NCBI GenBank assembly: GCA_034667685.1
Contig: JAXDQU010000067.1
Coordinates: 1 to 15,803 of the forward strand
Length of the DNA stretch: 15,803 nucleotides
Reading direction: 5' to 3'
Origin: Thermoplasmata archaeon
Lineage (GTDB): Archaea > Thermoplasmatota > SW-10-69-26 > JACQPN01 > JAJPHT01
Shown: positions 1-7,900 of the stretch, piece after piece
Numbering within the stretch: the first letter of the stretch is position 1
Layout of the letters: each line of letters begins with the position of its first letter
Program-made: the position numbers and the translations under genes
The notes under the pieces: model-generated
What the model saw: the letters and a program-made list of their open reading frames with translations, nothing else
Told to the model about the DNA's origin: nothing
Databases searched by the model: none

Positions 1-153
1 GCCGCCCAGGCCGAGGTTCGTGCCGGGCGCGACGCAGTCGGGGGACGCGCCTTCCGTCCAGGGGTTCACGCCGGTGTAGGTCGCGCTCTGCGTCGCGGCG
101 GCGGACGGGGCGACGAGCGCCAGCAGCGCCGCACATAGGAGATAGGATCTCAT
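1..153 (-). CDS. Secreted protein, N-terminal part (runs off the left edge of the window)
   Basis: Not in the ORF track; translated by hand from ATG at 153: MRSYLLCAALLALVAPSAAATQSATYTGVNPWTEGASPDCVAPGTNLGLGG, open to position 1. It has a classic signal peptide ending AAA, a GAGAGG SD-like motif upstream, and GGGAAATTGTTATG (BRE/TATA-like) at about 193-206 on the minus strand. Confidence 0.8.
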   Translation of the reverse strand, partial: MRSYLLCAALLALVAPSAAATQSATYTGVNPWTEGASPDCVAPGTNLGLGG

Positions 154-313
154 TCTGAAGCCTCTCGCGGGGATGCCAATGGCCGCGCGCATCATAACAA
201 TTTCCCACATCACCCGCCCGTGCCGGAGACGTTATGTCGCGGGCCGTCTTCGGAAGGCTTGCGAGGAGGCTCGGGCGCGCATCGTCAGCCGGAGCCCCCA
301 AGAGGCTGAACCC

Positions 314-1393
314 ATGCGAACCATGCCCATCCTGATGGCTGCCTTCCTGCTCCTTCCGCTCACGGTCTTCTCGTTGCCGACGGCCGCCGCCGGCACGGCG
401 TGCGAAGCGACGATCGAGGACAGCGCTCCCTCCATCTGCACGTTCCTCTGCTTCGCGGGTGATAGCATCAGCGCCTACGTGACCGCCGGCGTCATCCCCC
501 TGGCCCTCTACTCGCAGCACTTCACCCGGCAGGCGTACGTGGTCGCCGAAGCCAAGTGTGGGGGATTCACCCTCATCTGCAACATGAGCTCGTGGGGCCC
601 CTCCGTCATCTGCCAGGGCGACGGCGTCCAGTCGGACGGCGTGGGCACCTGCTGGGTCCAGGTCCAGGGCGGCTACGACTCCGGTTTCGCGGGCGCGCAG
701 GCGGCCTGTTACTCGCTGAGCACGCGCGCCACCGTGGCCTCGTGCGTCTCCCATGCCACGGTCGAGCCCGGCTCGGGCGACGCCGTCGCACAGTACGTGG
801 GCAGCGATCCCTGCACGGACGCCTACTGGCTCCTCACCACGCCCGGCGCCGAGGTCGTCCGCAGCGAGTACGACGCGTCGTTCCCCGATTGCGTGGCCGG
901 CTCGTGCAGGCTCGGCGTCGAAGCGTATCGCCCCGTGCAGGTGGACCCGACGGCCGCGAGCCTGCCCTACGGGCAGTGGTTCCCCTCCACGAAGTGCGAT
1001 GCCGACGGCACCTGCTACGTCGCGACGTTGGGCACGGGCGAGCTGACGGGGTGGAACGGCGCGGCGATCATCCGGTGCGACCCCGGCACCGAAGCGGCCA
1101 CGCCGCTCAACGGCCCGCCCACCCCGCCCGTGCAGTGCGCGCGCGCGGGCGCCAACCTCGGTCCCGTCTCGACCGGCATGATCCAGCCCAAGGTCGAGAC
1201 GGTCAACGTCCCGTTCGGCACCTGCGTGTCCTACCAGTTCACGCAGAGCGTCACGGTCGTCCTCATGAGGAACCCCGCGGGCGACACGTACACGATGCCC
1301 GACCAGTCGGCGACGAGCGCTCCCGCGCCGGTGTGCAACGGCGTCCAGCCGGCGCAGGCCGTCGCGGTGTCGTTCTCGATCGTGCACCCGTGA
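314..1393 (+). CDS. Cysteine-rich secreted hypothetical protein (~359 aa, 18 Cys)
   Basis: Part of ORF 173..1393. Start moved to ATG 314 because AGAGG precedes it and a signal peptide follows (MRTMPILMAAFLLLPLTVFSLPTAAA). The mature part is beta-rich with 18 Cys. No family recognised. Confidence 0.8.
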   Translation: MRTMPILMAAFLLLPLTVFSLPTAAAGTACEATIEDSAPSICTFLCFAGDSISAYVTAGVIPLALYSQHFTRQAYVVAEAKCGGFTLICNMSSWGPSVICQGDGVQSDGVGTCWVQVQGGYDSGFAGAQAACYSLSTRATVASCVSHATVEPGSGDAVAQYVGSDPCTDAYWLLTTPGAEVVRSEYDASFPDCVAGSCRLGVEAYRPVQVDPTAASLPYGQWFPSTKCDADGTCYVATLGTGELTGWNGAAIIRCDPGTEAATPLNGPPTPPVQCARAGANLGPVSTGMIQPKVETVNVPFGTCVSYQFTQSVTVVLMRNPAGDTYTMPDQSATSAPAPVCNGVQPAQAVAVSFSIVHP

Positions 1394-1418
1394 GCCCGCG
1401 GGGTGGGGTTCCTCCGCC

Positions 1419-2849
1419 TCAGTAGTAGAAGTACTGGGGCGGGGGCCCGCAGATGGGGGCCGGCGCGTTGCCGTTCTGCCCCCACGGCCCGACCTCGCCG
1501 TTCTTCAGGTCCTTCCGGCCCGCGTGGCCCGGCTGCAGCAGGCTGGCGCCGGGCTGGGCCGTCTGGATCCATCCGTCGCCCGCGTCGCCGCCGTGCTCCG
1601 CGCCTCCGGGCGCCCAGCACTGGCGGCCGCCGACGCCGCAGTACGCGATGCCGCTGTCCGTGCAGTTGTTGATCCGGCTGTCGAACCAGCCCGCGCCGCC
1701 GTTGCCGCCGACGCCGCCCTGCCCGCCGTAGGCCTGCGCGTCGCCCGCATCGCCGCCTTGGACGAGGCCGCTGCCGCCGTCGCCGGGCCAGGCGGCGCCC
1801 TCGCCGCCCCAGCCGCCCACGCCGCCCGGACCGCCGGGCCCCCCGCCGACCTGGCCCGCGCCGCCCACGCCGCCGGGACCACCGTGGCCGCCGAAGGCGC
1901 TGGCCTTGCCGCCGTTGCCGCCGATGAGGATGCCGTCGCCACCCTTGCCCGCCTGGGCCTGCGACGAGCCGCCGTAACACCCGCCCGTGCCCTTCGCGCC
2001 CGCGCCGTTCCCCGGCTGGCCGCTGCACGCGACGTGGTCCGTGTCGTCCACCGCGCTTGCGGAGCCGGGATCGCCGATCACCGCGATCGTGGAGGGCGCC
2101 GCCATCGCGTCTCCCCCGTCACCGCCGCGGCCGCCCAGAAGGACGCCCACCGCGTGGAGCGAGAGGGGGTCGAAGGTCGGCGGGAGCGCGAGCACGCCCG
2201 AGGCGCCGCCCGCGCCGCCGGTCGCGCTTGCCGCCTGCGTGCCGCCCAGCGCGATCGCCGTGCCGCCCTTGCCGCCGTTGCCCAGCAGGATCAGGCCCGT
2301 GATGGAGGCCGAGGGCGACGTGACGACGACGTTGCCGCCTTGGCCTCCGGGCGTGCCCAGCGCCGCGATCGAAGGGAGCGCGTCGCCGACGCTCATCGTC
2401 TGGTCGAGGCCGGGCGCGCCGTCGCCGGACTGGAGCGTGCCGCTGATCTCCAGGAGCGAGGCGACGACCTTCACGTCGCCTCCCCTGCCCCCGGGCGCCG
2501 CGCCGTCCTGCGCGTGAACGACGCCGCGGATCGACGCGACCTGGTCGGACACGAGCGTGATGAGCGGGCTGTGAACGATGTTGCCCTCCACGGTGAGCTG
2601 CTGGCGCGCGTGCAGCACGATGGGGAGCGTGGTGTCGATCGTCACGCCCGCGGGGACGGTGATGCTGTCATAGACGTAGATGCCGCCCGTCTCCGCGCCC
2701 GTGAAGGCACAGGCACCCACGCCCGTGCCCGGCACGCAGGGCGGGTCGGTCGCGCCCGCGCCGGGAAGCGGCCCGAGCGTGACGACGAGGCCGATCGCGA
2801 TCAGGAGCGTGATCTTGGCATGGCTTGCGCTGGTTCGGTCTGTGGTCAT
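1419..2849 (-). CDS. Secreted glycine-rich (GGxGGxGG, PE_PGRS-like) protein, ~476 aa
   Basis: Part of ORF 1419..2864. Start moved to ATG 2849, which has GAGGAG upstream. Signal peptide ITLLIAIGLVVTLGPLPGAGA; beta-strand/GGxGG alternating repeats followed by long GGxGGxGG tracts; 8 Cys. Confidence 0.85.
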   Translation of the reverse strand: MTTDRTSASHAKITLLIAIGLVVTLGPLPGAGATDPPCVPGTGVGACAFTGAETGGIYVYDSITVPAGVTIDTTLPIVLHARQQLTVEGNIVHSPLITLVSDQVASIRGVVHAQDGAAPGGRGGDVKVVASLLEISGTLQSGDGAPGLDQTMSVGDALPSIAALGTPGGQGGNVVVTSPSASITGLILLGNGGKGGTAIALGGTQAASATGGAGGASGVLALPPTFDPLSLHAVGVLLGGRGGDGGDAMAAPSTIAVIGDPGSASAVDDTDHVACSGQPGNGAGAKGTGGCYGGSSQAQAGKGGDGILIGGNGGKASAFGGHGGPGGVGGAGQVGGGPGGPGGVGGWGGEGAAWPGDGGSGLVQGGDAGDAQAYGGQGGVGGNGGAGWFDSRINNCTDSGIAYCGVGGRQCWAPGGAEHGGDAGDGWIQTAQPGASLLQPGHAGRKDLKNGEVGPWGQNGNAPAPICGPPPQYFYY

Positions 2850-2923
2850 GTTGTCTCCTCGCATGCGGCGCGTGGCCGCATCCCCCGGAGGGGCGAGGGA
2901 CCCAATAAGCCCGCCTGCCGCCA

Positions 2924-2955
2924 GAAAACCCGTCGCGGCCGCTGCGCGGATTTTC
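2924..2955 (-). terminator. Possible hairpin/T-tract terminator downstream of the 43-aa gene
   Basis: Minus strand reads GAAAATCCG-cgcagcggccgcga-CGGGTTTTC: 9-bp stem with one G-U pair, ending in a T run, about 40 nt past the stop at 2997. Confidence 0.3.
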
Positions 2956-2996
2956 GCTCTCCGTGCCGCGCTTCGGCAGAGGTTGCGAGACGGCCT

Positions 2997-3128
2997 CTAT
3001 CGCCCGCGTCGCGCCGCGCGGCGGAACTTCCGCTGCATGTACCACGTCACGAACCAGACGCCGCCGCCGATCATGACGACGGGGATCAGGACCGCCAGCA
3101 CGAGCGTGAGGACGACGAGCGCGTCCAT
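2997..3128 (-). CDS. Small single-pass membrane protein (43 aa)
   Basis: Below the ORF-track cutoff; hand translation MDALVVLTLVLAVLIPVVMIGGGVWFVTWYMQRKFRRAARRGR*. Its ATG overlaps the TGA of the upstream regulator (TGATG at 3126-3130). Hydrophobic helix followed by a basic tail. Confidence 0.75.
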   Translation of the reverse strand: MDALVVLTLVLAVLIPVVMIGGGVWFVTWYMQRKFRRAARRGR

Positions 3129-4081
3129 CAGCGGCTCCGGCCCTTGCGCTCGGCGAGGATCTTGAGGAGCGCCTCGGCGTCCCCCACGCGCACGATCTCC
3201 TCGCGGCTGAGGACGGGCGTCCCCTCGATGGCGGTGCGCGTCGTGGTGCGCTCGACGAAGAAGACGCCGTAGGTCTCCGTCACCTCGCAGAGGTTCGCGG
3301 TGGCGGCGGCGCGCTTCGCGGCCTCCGGCGTGCCGTCGCCGAAGCCTGTTAGCACGACGTCGTCCGCTTCGCGGCCGATCGCCGCGAAGGGAGACTTTTG
3401 CGTCTGCGCGACGCGGAATCCCATCTCGGCGAGGGCGCGCATGACGGCCGCCTCGAAGGTGCCGCTGGGGAAGTCCAACGGGGGCTGGGCTTGGGGCTGC
3501 GGCTCGGGCTGGGGCTCGAAGGGGTTCGTCGGGATCGCGAGCGGCTCGTTGAGGAACTCCTCGAGGCGCATCGCCACGTCGACCATCGCGCCCATGCCTT
3601 CCTCGTACATGCCGATCGCGCGGCGCGAGACGCCCGCGGCCTGCGCGAGGTCGCCCAGCGAGAGGCCCCGCGCCTCGCGCAGCGCGCGCAGCCGCGTGCC
3701 GTCGAGGTTCACGTAGAAGCCGCCGGGCGCGGCGTAGACGAGCGGCGCGACGCCCTCTTCGAGGTAGTCCTGCAAGGTCTCGAAGGCGACGATGCTCACG
3801 CCGTAGCGCGCGTAGACGGCGCCGGGCTCCAGGGGCCGGCTGCTGCTGCGCTCGCCCACGACGAGCGGCGTCGCGTCGAGGAACTGGGCCAGGAGGCGAA
3901 GCTCCTGCGCGACCGGCTCGTTGAGCCCGTCGACGTTGGTGAGGACCTTGACGATGAGCAGCTCGCCGTCGCGGCGCGCGACGAGGTCGAAGGCGAGCGG
4001 ACGCATGGCCGTCTCGGCCGAGAGGAAGAAGCCTGCGCGGGCCAGGACGTCGCGGACCTGGGCCAGGAGCGTGGCGCGCAT
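3128..4081 (-). CDS. Archaeal Cro/C1-type HTH transcriptional regulator (COG1395/PRK04140-like)
   Basis: 317 aa with family motifs FDLVARR..LLIVKVLTNVD, LEPGAVYARYG and APGGFYVNLDG, and the central XRE HTH LRALREARGLSLGDLAQAAGVSRRAIGMYEEG. Confidence 0.9.
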   Translation of the reverse strand: MRATLLAQVRDVLARAGFFLSAETAMRPLAFDLVARRDGELLIVKVLTNVDGLNEPVAQELRLLAQFLDATPLVVGERSSSRPLEPGAVYARYGVSIVAFETLQDYLEEGVAPLVYAAPGGFYVNLDGTRLRALREARGLSLGDLAQAAGVSRRAIGMYEEGMGAMVDVAMRLEEFLNEPLAIPTNPFEPQPEPQPQAQPPLDFPSGTFEAAVMRALAEMGFRVAQTQKSPFAAIGREADDVVLTGFGDGTPEAAKRAAATANLCEVTETYGVFFVERTTTRTAIEGTPVLSREEIVRVGDAEALLKILAERKGRSR

Positions 4082-4118
4082 CGCTGGTTCCGAGGAACTG
4101 TGCTTCTACATCAATGCT

Positions 4119-4463
4119 TCAGAGCAGCACGGCCTGGTCCGCGGGGATGTGCAGGCCGGTGATCGCGAAGCGCTGGAGGCCGCCGACGTTGTTCGTCTCC
4201 TGGTAGACGATGCCGCTGAGGCCCACGGGGGCGCCGTTGAGCGGCTTGCCGGTGCACTGCGCGGCGAACGAGGGCGCGCACATGGTGCCGTTGACGTAGA
4301 CGTAGTAGATGCCCTGCTGGTGGCCCTGCGAGGCCTGGCCGACGTCGACCTTCTGGCAGCCGGTGGAGCCGGCGTTGACGCAGTCGTCGATGCTTCCGGA
4401 GGGGATGGCGGGGGGGACCGCGAAGAGGGCAACGAGCAGCACGAGGGTGGCAACGGGACGCAT
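4119..4463 (-). CDS. Small secreted protein with YQETN-x3-GLQ motif (114 aa)
   Basis: Part of ORF 4119..4559. Start moved to ATG 4463 (GGAGG 9 nt upstream; GAAAGGTTATG promoter-like motif at 4503-4513). Signal peptide MRPVATLVLLVALFAVPPA; 4 Cys. Confidence 0.8.
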   Translation of the reverse strand: MRPVATLVLLVALFAVPPAIPSGSIDDCVNAGSTGCQKVDVGQASQGHQQGIYYVYVNGTMCAPSFAAQCTGKPLNGAPVGLSGIVYQETNNVGGLQRFAITGLHIPADQAVLL

Positions 4464-4621
4464 GGGGGGATGCCTCCGGCTGCCGACCACCGCTTGGCGC
4501 GACATAACCTTTCTCACCGCCGCCGGTGGGGACGGGACAGGTGCCGGTCCGGGTGACACACGACCCCTTATGGCGGCCCGGAGGGACGGCCGGTCGCCCG
4601 CTTGCCGGCGGGGAGATTCCC

Positions 4622-4915
4622 ATGTTGCCTCGCGTTGCCCTCGCCCTCTGCCTGACCGTCTGCCTGCTCGGCACGATGCCCCTGGGCACCGCCGCCACCC
4701 CGGCCTGCAAGAAGGACCCGCCCCGGGCCACCCAGGTTTGGCCGCTCAAGGACGGCGTCTACTTCTACGCCGGCGACGCGACCACGACCGGCTTCTGGAC
4801 CGAGTCGAACGGCGCCGACGGGCTCCAGCTCCAGGACTGCACCGCGAACGGGTTCCTCTACCTCGCCAAGGACACGTTCGACGGCGCGAGCGTTCCCACG
4901 AGCCAGCTCCTCTGA
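4622..4915 (+). CDS. Small secreted protein with WTESN-x3-GLQ motif (97 aa)
   Basis: Part of ORF 4526..4915. Start moved to ATG 4622 (GGGGAG upstream; CTTATG at 4567-4572). Signal peptide MLPRVALALCLTVCLLGTMPLGTAA. Confidence 0.8.
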   Translation: MLPRVALALCLTVCLLGTMPLGTAATPACKKDPPRATQVWPLKDGVYFYAGDATTTGFWTESNGADGLQLQDCTANGFLYLAKDTFDGASVPTSQLL

Positions 4916-4935
4916 GGACGACGGAGAAACGACAC

Positions 4936-4976
4936 GAGGTCGCATTCGGTTGCTTTAAGAACAACCACGCGACCTC
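4936..4976 (+). promoter_or_regulatory. TATA-like box (CTTTAAG) nested inside a two-part inverted repeat upstream of the large surface protein gene
   Basis: GAGGTCGC(4936-4943)..GGTTG(4948-4952)-CTTTAAGAA-CAACC(4962-4966)..GCGACCTC(4969-4976); ATG at 4997. Confidence 0.5.
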
Positions 4977-4996
4977 CCGCTTGCCGAGGGCCTCTC

Positions 4997-7900
4997 ATGG
5001 TTGCCAGCCCGCCCGCGCACCGGTTCACGGTGGCGGCTCTTCTCGCCAGTCTCCTGCTCAGCGCGATCCCCACCGCGACCGCGCAGGTCATTCCGGTCGG
5101 ACCGTTCGCGATCAAGACGGACACCGCCTTCCTGGGGACCAGCGGCGACGGCGCCACGTCCCACGTGTTCTACGACACGGGCAACTCGGTCTTCGTCCAC
5201 GTCAACGTCACCTCGGCGGGCCTCCAGGCGCCCAACGTCGCGGTCCCGATCATGATCAGCACGGACGCCGCCGACCCCGTCTCGAACCAGAGCGCGTTCC
5301 GCTGCGACTCGCTGCCCACCGGCGGCTGGATCTCCGCGGGCCAGGGCGCCGGCTTCTACCAGTGGTACAACAAGTCGGTCGTCGTCCCCGGCCTCTCCAA
5401 CAGCGCGTTCAACCTCTCCGTGCTCCTCAACACGCAGACGCAGCCCGCGGGATGGCAGAACCCCAACGGGTGCAACCCGACGCCCGTGAACGAGCAGACG
5501 GCGCTGCCCGGCTCGGGCGCGCATCAGATCAAGCTCTCCTACATCCACAACGCGCGCGTCGACTTCCAGATCACGTCGCTGACGTGGTGCGACGACCTCG
5601 ACGCGCAGGATGGCGACACGCCCGACCCGGCGGCCTGCCACGACATCAACCCCGACCTCAACCCCGCCAACGTCACGTCGCGGGCCACGAGCAGGAGCGC
5701 GGCCGACCACACGTTCTTCAAGATCACGCTGGAGAACCGCGGCACGTGGGCCAACGCCACGATGCCCGACAACACGACGCCCTTCTCGATCCCCTACACG
5801 ACGTTCCTCACCGGCGCGGGCGTGGGCAGCAACGTCGACGTCACGATCCCGCAGAAGCTCGACATCGGCGCGGACAACGTCCTCACCAGCAACCGCTCCA
5901 CGTTCCTCGTGGGCAACCTGAGCCTCTTCCACGCCTACGGCGCGTACACGCCCGTGGTCGAGCTCAACGTGGGCAATGCGATCCAGCCGCTCACGCCGAT
6001 GCTCACCGCGATCAACAAGACGGCGAGCGCGACGTTCCAGGTCGCCTCGTGGGACTTCGCGGGCGGCATCAACGCGAGCACGTTCCGCACCGATCCGCTC
6101 CACCCGTACGACTGGCGTTTCCTGCCCGACGGCAACTACGCGCTCACCGGCAACGTCACCGTGCGCAACCTCGGCACCGCGAGCGCGCCCCAGGGCGTCC
6201 ACGTGATCGCGAAGCTCGACAACAAGGTCGTCGACGACCTGGGCGCCCTCCCGCTGGGCAACGCCACGAGCGCCGAGGGCTACCGCGAGTTCCCCGTGAC
6301 GTTCCACGTCCAGTCGGCCGACCCGGCGAGCGCGACCTACGTCGGCGCGGGCCAGCACGAGGTCGAGGTCTTCGTGGACTCGGAGGACGCGTACTACGAG
6401 CCCAACGAGACGAACAACGACGCGGCGCTCCCGATCTACTTCAACCAGTCCGAAAAGCCCGCCACGAGCGGCGCGCTCCAGGTGCTCGGCGGCGCGGGCG
6501 CGCTCGACGCGAGCACCAACCCGCAGATCTCGTCCACGTACCCGTGGAAGACGTTCTACGTCCACGCCAACTTCACGGAAGGCGACGACACGGAGCACCT
6601 CCACGTGGTCGCGAACTTCACGCTGGCGAGCAATTCCTCCGTGAGCCAGACGTTCCCGCTCGTCTACGGCTCCGACACGTTCAAGGACGCGCGCTGGAGC
6701 GCGGAGATCACGAACTTCAGCTACGTCGGCAACGGCACGCAGGAGGTCTGGAACCTCAAGGTCGTCGCGACGGATCCCTTCGGCCAGCCCACGCCGCTCT
6801 CGTGGACCGGCCACTCGCTGCTGCTCCAGAAGTGGCCCGTGCAGTGGGTCAACGACACCGACATCCTCACCAAGGTCGACGACAGCGCCGACGTCGCGGC
6901 CCAGCAGTCCTACGTCATCCCGTACAACACGGGCTCGCCCTCGTACACGATCCGCGTCTATGACAACTGGACCGGCTTCGTCAACTGGACGACGCCCGAC
7001 GGGAACGGCACGGACCAGATCAACTACGTCAACAACCTGCACATCACGTACCACCCGCCGCGCAACCAGACGCCCATCACGGGCCAGTTCCCCTTCACGG
7101 CGAACTGCACGGCGGTCAACCTCGTCGCGCGGCGCGGCAGCACCAACACCGTGCTCAACGCGGGCTCGACCGACCAGAACCCGTGGAACTCGACGAACAC
7201 GGGCGGCGTCACGGGCGGCGCGACCGGCTGCCAGTCCCCGGCGGACCGCTGGAACTTCACCGCGGCGCCCACCTACACGGGCGGCACCGGGCCGGGCGTC
7301 TACCTCGTGGACGTCCAGATCGCCGACAAGACGGGCGAGGTGCGGCACATCTTCCGCAACTTCACGCTGCAGGACCTGCCGCCCGTGCTCAACGAGACGT
7401 CGGTGAAGGACCTGGACGACGTGAACGCGACCAACAGCAGCGTCGCGGGCCACCGCGTGCAGATCCATCTCAAGGCGGCCGACGACTTCAACATCAACAC
7501 CAGCAGCGTGTACGCGCTCTGGACGCGCCCGGGCCAGGGCAACGCGACGTTCAACTTCACGCTGAAGAAGGTCTCGAACCCCGACCCGAACTCGGCGACC
7601 TACGTCTACAACGACACGTTCACCGTGGGACGCGACGCGCAGCTCAACGTCTCGGGCAAGTACCTCGTGACGTTCCGCGCGGAGGACAGCAACGGGAACT
7701 GGAACACGTCGGCGCCCATCGAGTTCTCGCTCAACGAGACCGTGCCGCCCTCGTTCACCTCGGCCGGCGTCGATCCCTCCGAGCAGGAGCTGCGCCAGCC
7801 CGTGACGTTCTACGCCTCGGTCAACGCGCAGTTCAACCCGAAGCTCTTCGTCACCGTCAAGGACCAGAACTCCGCCGTCGTCATCGACCACCAGCCCATG

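Noticed and set aside
1231-3272. ORFs 1231..2028, 1524..3272, 1987..2517 and similar
   Set aside because: Shadows of the glycine-rich gene; low-complexity translations without start signals.
3481-3518. Hexamer-like repeats encoding EPQPEPQPQAQP
   Set aside because: Ordinary low-complexity linker within the HTH regulator.
3128-4081. Nuclease-like D..K pattern (FDLVARR...IVKV) suggesting a restriction or defence enzyme
   Set aside because: This pattern is a normal part of the conserved COG1395 archaeal regulator family; no methylase or defence context nearby.
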